A DNA stretch of 64,000 nt from the human T2T-CHM13v2.0 reference genome, Homo sapiens, in assembly GCF_009914755.1 (NCBI RefSeq), contig NC_060943.1; one strand, 5' to 3'. This document shows positions 49,680 to 61,228 of this stretch, one piece after another. Every line of letters begins with the position of its first letter. Position 1 is the first letter of the stretch. The translations under genes were made by a program, and so were the position numbers. The notes beneath the pieces are model-generated. The model was not told the origin of the DNA. It saw only the letters and a list, made by a program, of their open reading frames with translations, and ran no database searches.

Positions 49680-52600
49680 TCAATGGTAGAATAGGAAATA
49701 TCTTCCTATAGAAACTAGACAGAATGATTCTCAGAAACTCCTTTGTGATGTGTGCGTTCAACTCACAGAGTTCAACCTTTCTTTTCATAGAGCAGTTGGG
49801 AAACACTCTGTTTGTAAAGTCTGCAAGTGGATATTCAGACTTCTTTGAGGCCTTCGTTGGAAGCGGGATTTCTTCATATTCTGCTAGAAAGAAGAATTCT
49901 CAGTAACTTCCTTGTGTTGTGTGTATTCAACTCACAGAGTTGAACGATCCTTTACACAGAGCAGACTTGAAACACTCTTTTTGTGGAATTTGCAAGTGGA
50001 GATTTCAGCCGCTTTGAGGTCAATGGTAGAATAGGAAATATCTTCCTATAGAAACTAGACAGAATGATTCTCAGAAACTCCTTTGTGATGTGTGCGTTCA
50101 ACTCACAGAGTTTAACCTTTCTTTTCATAGAGCAGTTAGGAAACACTCTGTTTGTAAAGTCTGCAAGTGGATATTCAGACATCCTTGAGGCTTTCGTTGG
50201 AAACGGGATTTCTTCATATTCTGCTAGAAAGAAGAATTCTCAGTAACTTCCTTGTGTTGTGTGTATTCAACTCACAGAGTTGAACGATCCTTTACACAGA
50301 GCAGACTTGAAACACTCTTTTTGTGGAATTTGCAAGTGGAGATTTCAGCCGCTTTGAGGTCAATGGTAGAATAGGAAATATCTTCCTATAGAAACTAGAC
50401 AGAATGATTCTCAGAAACTCCTTTGTGATGTGTGCGTTCAACTCACAGAGTTTAACCTTTCTTTTCATAGAGCAGTTAGGAAACACTCTGTTTGTAAAGT
50501 CTGCAAGTGGATATTCAGACATCTTTGAGGCCTTCGTTGGAAACGGGATTTCTTCATGTTCTGCTAGACAAAAGAATTCTCAGAAACTTCCTTGTGTTGT
50601 GTGTTTTCAACTCACAGAGTTGAACGACGCTTTACACAGAGTAGACTTGAAACACTCTTTTTGTGTAATTTGCAAGTGGAGATTTCAGCCGCTTTGAGGT
50701 CAATGGTAGAAAAGGAAATATCTTCGTATAAAAACTAGACAGAATGATTCTCAGAAACTCCTTTGTGATGTGTGCGTTCAACTCACAGAGTTTAACCTTT
50801 CTTTTCATAGAGCAGTTAGGAAACACTCTGTTTGTAAAGTCTGCAAGTGGATATTCAGACCTCCTTGAGGCCTTCGTTGGAAACGGGATTTCTTCATATT
50901 ATGCTAGACAGAAGAATTCTCAGTAACTTCCTTGTGTTGTGTGTATTCAACTCACAGAGTTGAACGATCCTTTACACAGAGCAGACTTGAAACACTCTTT
51001 TTGTGGAATTTGCAAGTGGAGATTTCAGCCGCTTTGAGGTCAATGGTAGAATAGGAAATATCTTCATATAGAAACTAGACAGAATGATTCTCAGAAACTC
51101 CTTTGTGATGTGTGCGTTCAACTCACACAGTTTAACCTTTCTTTTCATAGAGCAGTTAGGAAACACTCTGTTTGTAAAGTCTGCAAGTGGATATTCAGAC
51201 CTCCTTGAGGCATTCGTTGGAAACGGGATTTCTTCATATTCTGCTAGACAGAAGAATTCTCAGTAACTTCCTTGTGTTGTGTGTATTCAACTCACAGAGT
51301 TGAACGATCCTTTACACAGAGCAGACTTGAAACACTCTTTTTGTGGAATTTGCAAGTGGAGATTTCAGCCGCTTTGAGTTCAATGGTAGAATAGGAAATA
51401 TCTTCATATAGAAACTAGACAGAATGATTCTCAGAAACTCCTTTGTGATGTGTGCGTTCAACTCACAGAGTTCAACCTTTCTTTTCATAGAGCAGTTGGG
51501 AAACACTCTGTTTGTAAAGTCTGCAAGTGGATATTCAGACTTCTTTGAGGCCTTCGTTGGAAGCGGGATTTCTTCATGATCTGCTAGACAGAAGAATTCT
51601 CAGAAACTTCCTTGTGTTGTGTGTTTTCAACTCACAGAGTTGAACGATCCTTTACACAGAGCAGACTTGAAACACTCCTTTTGTGGAATTTGCAAGTGGA
51701 GATTTCAGCCGCTTTGAGGTCAATGTTAGAATAGGAAATATCTTCCTATAGAAACTAGACAGAATGATTCTGAGAAATCCTTTGTGATGTGTGCGTTCAA
51801 CTCACAGAGTTTAACCTTTCTTTTCATAGAGCAGTTGGGAAACACTCTGTTTGTAAAGTCTGCAAGTGGATATTCAGACCTCCTTGAGGCCTTCGTTGGA
51901 AACGGGATTTCTTCATATTATGCTAGACAGAGGAATTCTCAGTAACTTCCTTGTGTTGTGTGTATTCAACTCACAGAGTTGAACGATCCTTTACACAGAG
52001 CAGACTTGAAACACTCTTTTTGTGGAATTTGCAAGTGGAGATTTCAGCCGCTTTGAGTTCAATGGTAGAATAGGAAATATCTTCCTATAGAAACTACACA
52101 GAATGATTCTCAGAAACTCCTTTGTGATGTGTGCGTTCAACTCACAGAGTTCAACCTTTCTTTTCATAGAGCAGTTGGGAAACACTCTGTTTGTAAAGTC
52201 TGCAAGTGGATATTCAGACTTCTTTGAGGCCTTCGTTGGAAGCGGGATTTCTTCATATTCTGCTAGACAGAAGAATTCTCAGTAACTTCCTTGTGTTGTG
52301 TGTATTCAACTCACAGAGTTGAACGATCCTTTACACAGAGCAGACTTGAAACACTCTTTTTGTGGAATTTGCAAGTGGAGATTTCAGCCGCTTTGAGGTC
52401 AATGGTAGAATAGGAAATATCTTCCTATAGAAACTAGACAGAATGATTCTCAGAAACTCCTTTGTGATGTGTGCGTTCAACTCACAGAGTTTAACCTTTC
52501 TTTTCATAGAGCAGTTAGGAAACACTCTGTTTGTAAAGTCTGCAAGTGGATATTCAGATATCCTTGAGGCTTTCGTTGGAAACGGGATTTCTTCATATTC

Positions 52601-55600
52601 TGCTACAAAGAAGAATTCTCAGTAACTTCCTTGTGTTGTGTGTATTCAACTCACAGAGTTGAACGATCCTTTACACAGAGCAGACTTGAAACACTCTTTT
52701 TGTGGAATTTGCAAGTGGAGATTTCAGCCGCTTTCAGGTCAATGGTAGAATAGGAAATATCTTCCTATAGAAACTAGACAGAATGATTCTCAGAAACTCC
52801 TTTGTGATGTGTGCGTTCAACTCACAGAGTTTAACCTTTCTTTTCATAGAGCAGTTGGGAAACACTCTGTTTGTAAAGTCTGCAAGTGGATATTCAGACC
52901 TCCTTAAGGCCTTCGTTGGAAACGGGATTTCTTCATATTATGCTAGACAGAAGAATTCTCAGTAACTTCCTTGTGTTGTGTGTATTCAACTCACAGAGTT
53001 GAACGATCCTTTACACAGAGCAGACTTGAAACACTCTTTTTGTGGAATTTGCAATTGGAGATTTCAGCCGCTTTGAGGTCAATGGTAGAATAGGAAATAT
53101 CTTCCTATAGAAACTAGACAGAATGATTCTCAGAAACTCCTTTGTGATGTGTGCGTTCAACTCACACAGTTTAACCTTTCTTATCATAGAGCAGTTAGGA
53201 AACACTCTGTTTGTAAAGTCTGCAAGTGGATATTCCGACCTCCTTGAGGCCTTCGTTGGAAACGGGATTTCTTCATATTATGCTAGACAGAAGAATTCTC
53301 AGTAACTTCCTTGTGTTGTGTGTATTCAACTCACAGAGTTGAACGATCCTTTACACAGAGCAGACTTGAAACACTCTTTTTGTGGAATTTGCAAGTGGAG
53401 ATTTCAGCCGCTTTGAGTTCAATGGTAGAATAGGAAATATCTTCCTATAGAAACTAGACAGAATGATTCTCAGAAACTCCTTTGTGATGTGTGCGTTCAA
53501 CTCACAGAGTTCAACCTTTCTTTTCATAGAGCAGTTGGGAAACACTCTGTTTGTAAAGTCTGCAAGTGGATATTCAGACTTCTTTGAGGCCTTCGTTGGA
53601 AGCGGGATTTCTTCATGTTCTGCTAGACAGAAGAATTCTCAGAAACTTCCTTGTGTTGTGTGTTTTCAACTCACAGAATTGAACGATGCTTTACACAGAG
53701 TAGACTTGAAACACTCTTTTTGTGTAATTTGCAAGTGGAGATTTCAGCCGCTTTGAGGTCAATGGTAGAAAAGGAAATATCTTCGTATAAAAACTAGACA
53801 GAATGATTCTCAGAAACTCCTTTGTGATGTGTGCGTTCACCTCACAGAGTTTAACCTTTCTTTTCATAGAGCAGTTAGGAAACACTCTGTTTGTAAAGTC
53901 TGCAAGTGGATATTCAGACCTCCTTGAGGCCTTCGTTGGAAACGGGATTTCTTCATATTATGCTAGACAGAAGAATTCTCAGTAACTTCCTTGTGTTGTG
54001 TGTATTCAACTCACAGAGTTGAACGATCCTTTACACAGAGCAGACTTGAAACACTCTTTTTGTGGAATTTGCAAGTGGAGATTTCAGCCGCTTTGAGGTC
54101 AATGGTAGAATAGGAAATATCTTCATATAGAAACTAGACAGAATGATTCTCAGAAACTCCTTTGTGATGTGTGCGTTCAACTCACACAGTTTAACCTTTC
54201 TTTTCATAGAGCAGTTAGGAAACACTCTGTAAAGTCTGCAAGTAGATATTCAGACCTCCTTGAGGCATTCGTTGGAAACGGGATTTCTTCATATTATGCT
54301 AGACAGAAGAATTCTCAGTAACTTCCTTGTGTTGTGTGTATTCAACTCACAGAGTTGAACGATCCTTTACACAGAGCAGACTTGAAACACTCTTTTTGTG
54401 GAATTTGCAAGTGGAGATTTCAGCCGCTTTGAGTTCAATGGTAGAATAGGAAATATCTTCCTATAGAAACTAGACAGAATGATTCTCAGAAACTCCTTTG
54501 TGATGTGTGCATTCAACTCACAGAGTTCAACCTTTCTTTTCATAGAGCAGTTGGGAAACACTCTGTTTGTAAAGTCTGCAAGTGGATATTCAGACTTCTT
54601 TGAGGCCTTCGTTGGAAGCGGGATTTCTTCATGTTCTGCTAGACAGAAGAATTCTCAGTAACTGCTTTGTGTTGTGTGTATTCAACTCACAGAGTTGAAC
54701 GATCCTTTACACAGAGCAGACTTGAAACACTCCTTTTGTGGAATTTGCAAGTGGAGATTTCAGCCGCTTTGAGGTCAATGGTAGAATAGGAAATATCTTC
54801 CTATAGAAACTAGACAGAATGATTCTCAGAAACTCCTTTGTGATGTGTGCGTTCAACTCACAGAGTTTAACCTTTCTTTTCATAGAGCAGTTAGGAAACA
54901 CTCTGTTTGTAAAGTCTGCAAGTGGATATTCAGACATCCTTGAGGCTTTCGTTGGAAACGGGATTTATTCATATTCTGCTAGACAGAAGAATTCTCAGAA
55001 ACTTCCTTGTGTTGTGTGTTTTCAACTCACAGAGTTGAACGATCCTTTACACAGAGCAGACTTGAAACACTCCTTGTGTGGAATTTGCAAGTGGAGATTT
55101 CAGCCGCTTTGAGGTCAATGGTAGAATAGGAAATATCTTCCTATAGAAAGTAGACAGAATGATTCTCAGAAACTCCTTTGTGATGTGTGCGTTCAACTCA
55201 CAGAGTTTAACCTTTCTTTTCATAGAGCAGTTAGGAAACACTCTGTTTGTAAAGTCTGCAAGTGGATATTCAGACCTCCTTGAGGCCTTCGTTGGAAACG
55301 GGATTTCTTCATATTCTGCTAGACAGAAGAATTCTCAGTAACTTCCTTGTGTTGTGTGTATTCAACTCACAGAGTTGAACGATCCTTTACACAGAGCAGA
55401 CTTGAAACACTCTTTTTGTGGAATTTGCAAGTGGAGATTTCAGCCGCTTTGAGGTCAATGGTAGAATAGGAAATATCTTCCTATAGAAACTAGACAGAAT
55501 GATTCTCAGAAACTCCTTTGTGATGTGTGCGTTCAACTCACAGAGTTCAACCTTTCTTTTCATAGAGCAGTTGGGAAACACTCTGTTTGTAAAGTCTGCA

Positions 55601-58600
55601 AGTGGATATTCAGACTTCTTTGAGGCCTTCGTTGGAAGCGGGATTTCTTCATATTCTGCTAGAAAGAAGAATTCTCAGTAACTTCCTTGTGTTGTGTGTA
55701 TTCAACTCACAGAGTTGAACGATCCTTTACACAGAGCAGACTTGAAACACTCTTTTTGTGGAATTTGCAAGTGGAGATTTCAGCCGCTTTGAGGTCAATG
55801 GTAGAATAGGAAATATCTTCCTATAGAAACTAGACAGAATGATTCTCAGAAACTCCTTTGTGATGTGTGCGTTCAACTCACAGAGTTTAACCTTTCTTTT
55901 CATAGAGCAGTTAGGAAACACTCTGTTTGTAAAGTCTGCAAGTGGATATTCAGACATCCTTGAGGCTTTCGTTGGAAACGGGATTTCTTCATATTCTGCT
56001 AGAAAGAAGAATTCTCAGTAACTTCCTTGTGTTGTGTGTATTCAACTCACAGAGTTGAACGATCCTTTACACAGAGCAGACTTGAAACACTCTTTTTGTG
56101 GAATTTGCAAGTGGAGATTTCAGCCGCTTTGAGGTCAATGGTAGAATAGGAAATATCTTCCTATAGAAACTAGACAGAATGATTCTCAGAAACTCCTTTG
56201 TGATGTGTGCGTTCAACTCACAGAGTTTAACCTTTCTTTTCATAGAGCAGTTAGGAAACACTCTGTTTGTAAAGTCTGCAAGTGGATATTCAGACATCTT
56301 TGAGGCCTTCGTTGGAAACGGGATTTCTTCATGTTCTGCTAGACAAAAGAATTCTCAGAAACTTCCTTGTGTTGTGTGTTTTCAACTCACAGAGTTGAAC
56401 GACGCTTTACACAGAGTAGACTTGAAACACTCTTTTTGTGTAATTTGCAAGTGGAGATTTCAGCCGCTTTGAGGTCAATGGTAGAAAAGGAAATATCTTC
56501 GTATAAAAACTAGACAGAATGATTCTCAGAAACTCCTTTGTGATGTGTGCGTTCAACTCACAGAGTTTAACCTTTCTTTTCATAGAGCAGTTAGGAAACA
56601 CTCTGTTTGTAAAGTCTGCAAGTGGATATTCAGACCTCCTTGAGGCCTTCGTTGGAAACGGGATTTCTTCATATTATGCTAGACAGAAGAATTCTCAGTA
56701 ACTTCCTTGTGTTGTGTGTATTCAACTCACAGAGTTGAACGATCCTTTACACAGAGCAGACTTGAAACACTCTTTTTGTGGAATTTGCAAGTGGAGATTT
56801 CAGCCGCTTTGAGGTCAATGGTAGAATAGGAAATATCTTCATATAGAAACTAGACAGAATGATTCTCAGAAACTCCTTTGTGATGTGTGCGTTCAACTCA
56901 CACAGTTTAACCTTTCTTTTCATAGAGCAGTTAGGAAACACTCTGTTTGTAAAGTCTGCAAGTGGATATTCAGACCTCCTTGAGGCATTCGTTGGAAACG
57001 GGATTTCTTCATATTCTGCTAGACAGAAGAATTCTCAGTAACTTCCTTGTGTTGTGTGTATTCAACTCACAGAGTTGAACGATCCTTTACACAGAGCAGA
57101 CTTGAAACACTCTTTTTGTGGAATTTGCAAGTGGAGATTTCAGCCGCTTTGAGTTCAATGGTAGAATAGGAAATATCTTCATATAGAAACTAGACAGAAT
57201 GATTCTCAGAAACTCCTTTGTGATGTGTGCGTTCAACTCACAGAGTTCAACCTTTCTTTTCATAGAGCAGTTGGGAAACACTCTGTTTGTAAAGTCTGCA
57301 AGTGGATATTCAGACTTCTTTGAGGCCTTCGTTGGAAGCGGGATTTCTTCATGATCTGCTAGACAGAAGAATTCTCAGAAACTTCCTTGTGTTGTGTGTT
57401 TTCAACTCACAGAGTTGAACGATCCTTTACACAGAGCAGACTTGAAACACTCCTTTTGTGGAATTTGCAAGTGGAGATTTCAGCCGCTTTGAGGTCAATG
57501 TTAGAATAGGAAATATCTTCCTATAGAAACTAGACAGAATGATTCTGAGAAATCCTTTGTGATGTGTGCGTTCAACTCACAGAGTTTAACCTTTCTTTTC
57601 ATAGAGCAGTTGGGAAACACTCTGTTTGTAAAGTCTGCAAGTGGATATTCAGACCTCCTTGAGGCCTTCGTTGGAAACGGGATTTCTTCATATTATGCTA
57701 GACAGAGGAATTCTCAGTAACTTCCTTGTGTTGTGTGTATTCAACTCACAGAGTTGAACGATCCTTTACACAGAGCAGACTTGAAACACTCTTTTTGTGG
57801 AATTTGCAAGTGGAGATTTCAGCCGCTTTGAGTTCAATGGTAGAATAGGAAATATCTTCCTATAGAAACTACACAGAATGATTCTCAGAAACTCCTTTGT
57901 GATGTGTGCGTTCAACTCACAGAGTTCAACCTTTCTTTTCATAGAGCAGTTGGGAAACACTCTGTTTGTAAAGTCTGCAAGTGGATATTCAGACTTCTTT
58001 GAGGCCTTCGTTGGAAGCGGGATTTCTTCATATTCTGCTAGACAGAAGAATTCTCAGTAACTTCCTTGTGTTGTGTGTATTCAACTCACAGAGTTGAACG
58101 ATCCTTTACACAGAGCAGACTTGAAACACTCTTTTTGTGGAATTTGCAAGTGGAGATTTCAGCCGCTTTGAGGTCAATGGTAGAATAGGAAATATCTTCC
58201 TATAGAAACTAGACAGAATGATTCTCAGAAACTCCTTTGTGATGTGTGCGTTCAACTCACAGAGTTTAACCTTTCTTTTCATAGAGCAGTTAGGAAACAC
58301 TCTGTTTGTAAAGTCTGCAAGTGGATATTCAGATATCCTTGAGGCTTTCGTTGGAAACGGGATTTCTTCATATTCTGCTACAAAGAAGAATTCTCAGTAA
58401 CTTCCTTGTGTTGTGTGTATTCAACTCACAGAGTTGAACGATCCTTTACACAGAGCAGACTTGAAACACTCTTTTTGTGGAATTTGCAAGTGGAGATTTC
58501 AGCCGCTTTCAGGTCAATGGTAGAATAGGAAATATCTTCCTATAGAAACTAGACAGAATGATTCTCAGAAACTCCTTTGTGATGTGTGCGTTCAACTCAC

Positions 58601-61228
58601 AGAGTTTAACCTTTCTTTTCATAGAGCAGTTGGGAAACACTCTGTTTGTAAAGTCTGCAAGTGGATATTCAGACCTCCTTAAGGCCTTCGTTGGAAACGG
58701 GATTTCTTCATATTATGCTAGACAGAAGAATTCTCAGTAACTTCCTTGTGTTGTGTGTATTCAACTCACAGAGTTGAACGATCCTTTACACAGAGCAGAC
58801 TTGAAACACTCTTTTTGTGGAATTTGCAATTGGAGATTTCAGCCGCTTTGAGGTCAATGGTAGAATAGGAAATATCTTCCTATAGAAACTAGACAGAATG
58901 ATTCTCAGAAACTCCTTTGTGATGTGTGCGTTCAACTCACACAGTTTAACCTTTCTTATCATAGAGCAGTTAGGAAACACTCTGTTTGTAAAGTCTGCAA
59001 GTGGATATTCCGACCTCCTTGAGGCCTTCGTTGGAAACGGGATTTCTTCATATTATGCTAGACAGAAGAATTCTCAGTAACTTCCTTGTGTTGTGTGTAT
59101 TCAACTCACAGAGTTGAACGATCCTTTACACAGAGCAGACTTGAAACACTCTTTTTGTGGAATTTGCAAGTGGAGATTTCAGCCGCTTTGAGTTCAATGG
59201 TAGAATAGGAAATATCTTCCTATAGAAACTAGACAGAATGATTCTCAGAAACTCCTTTGTGATGTGTGCGTTCAACTCACAGAGTTCAACCTTTCTTTTC
59301 ATAGAGCAGTTGGGAAACACTCTGTTTGTAAAGTCTGCAAGTGGATATTCAGACTTCTTTGAGGCCTTCGTTGGAAGCGGGATTTCTTCATGTTCTGCTA
59401 GACAGAAGAATTCTCAGAAACTTCCTTGTGTTGTGTGTTTTCAACTCACAGAATTGAACGATGCTTTACACAGAGTAGACTTGAAACACTCTTTTTGTGT
59501 AATTTGCAAGTGGAGATTTCAGCCGCTTTGAGGTCAATGGTAGAAAAGGAAATATCTTCGTATAAAAACTAGACAGAATGATTCTCAGAAACTCCTTTGT
59601 GATGTGTGCGTTCACCTCACAGAGTTTAACCTTTCTTTTCATAGAGCAGTTAGGAAACACTCTGTTTGTAAAGTCTGCAAGTGGATATTCAGACCTCCTT
59701 GAGGCCTTCGTTGGAAACGGGATTTCTTCATATTATGCTAGACAGAAGAATTCTCAGTAACTTCCTTGTGTTGTGTGTATTCAACTCACAGAGTTGAACG
59801 ATCCTTTACACAGAGCAGACTTGAAACACTCTTTTTGTGGAATTTGCAAGTGGAGATTTCAGCCGCTTTGAGGTCAATGGTAGAATAGGAAATATCTTCA
59901 TATAGAAACTAGACAGAATGATTCTCAGAAACTCCTTTGTGATGTGTGCGTTCAACTCACACAGTTTAACCTTTCTTTTCATAGAGCAGTTAGGAAACAC
60001 TCTGTAAAGTCTGCAAGTAGATATTCAGACCTCCTTGAGGCATTCGTTGGAAACGGGATTTCTTCATATTATGCTAGACAGAAGAATTCTCAGTAACTTC
60101 CTTGTGTTGTGTGTATTCAACTCACAGAGTTGAACGATCCTTTACACAGAGCAGACTTGAAACACTCTTTTTGTGGAATTTGCAAGTGGAGATTTCAGCC
60201 GCTTTGAGTTCAATGGTAGAATAGGAAATATCTTCCTATAGAAACTAGACAGAATGATTCTCAGAAACTCCTTTGTGATGTGTGCATTCAACTCACAGAG
60301 TTCAACCTTTCTTTTCATAGAGCAGTTGGGAAACACTCTGTTTGTAAAGTCTGCAAGTGGATATTCAGACTTCTTTGAGGCCTTCGTTGGAAGCGGGATT
60401 TCTTCATGTTCTGCTAGACAGAAGAATTCTCAGTAACTGCCTTGTGTTGTGTGTATTCAACTCACAGAGTTGAACGATCCTTTACACAGAGCAGACTTGA
60501 AACACTCCTTTTGTGGAATTTGCAAGTGGAGATTTCAGCCGCTTTGAGGTCAATGGTAGAATAGGAAATATCTTCCTATAGAAACTAGACAGAATGATTC
60601 TCAGAAACTCCTTTGTGATGTGTGCGTTCAACTCACAGAGTTTAACCTTTCTTTTCATAGAGCAGTTAGGAAACACTCTGTTTGTAAAGTCTGCAAGTGG
60701 ATATTCAGACATCCTTGAGGCTTTCGTTGGAAACGGGATTTATTCATATTCTGCTAGACAGAAGAATTCTCAGAAACTTCCTTGTGTTGTGTGTTTTCAA
60801 CTCACAGAGTTGAACGATCCTTTACACAGAGCAGACTTGAAACACTCCTTGTGTGGAATTTGCAAGTGGAGATTTCAGCCGCTTTGAGGTCAATGGTAGA
60901 ATAGGAAATATCTTCCTATAGAAAGTAGACAGAATGATTCTCAGAAACTCCTTTGTGATGTGTGCGTTCAACTCACAGAGTTTAACCTTTCTTTTCATAG
61001 AGCAGTTAGGAAACACTCTGTTTGTAAAGTCTGCAAGTGGATATTCAGACCTCCTTGAGGCCTTCGTTGGAAACGGGATTTCTTCATATTCTGCTAGACA
61101 GAAGAATTCTCAGTAACTTCCTTGTGTTGTGTGTATTCAACTCACAGAGTTGAACGATCCTTTACACAGAGCAGACTTGAAACACTCTTTTTGTGGAATT
61201 TGCAAGTGGAGATTTCAGCCGCTTTGAG
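49680..61228 (+). repeat. Recent tandem duplication, unit 5,775 bp (17 dimers minus 5 bp), 2 copies
   Basis: Indels recur at +5775 (51771/57546, 54225/60000). So do SNVs AACGACGC, CATGATCTG, AATGTTAG, GCTACAAAG, GCAATTGG, GATTTATTC and TCCTTGTGTG. Within the unit I noticed one difference (54666 T vs 60441 C), plus the junction base at 55454. Confidence 0.92.
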
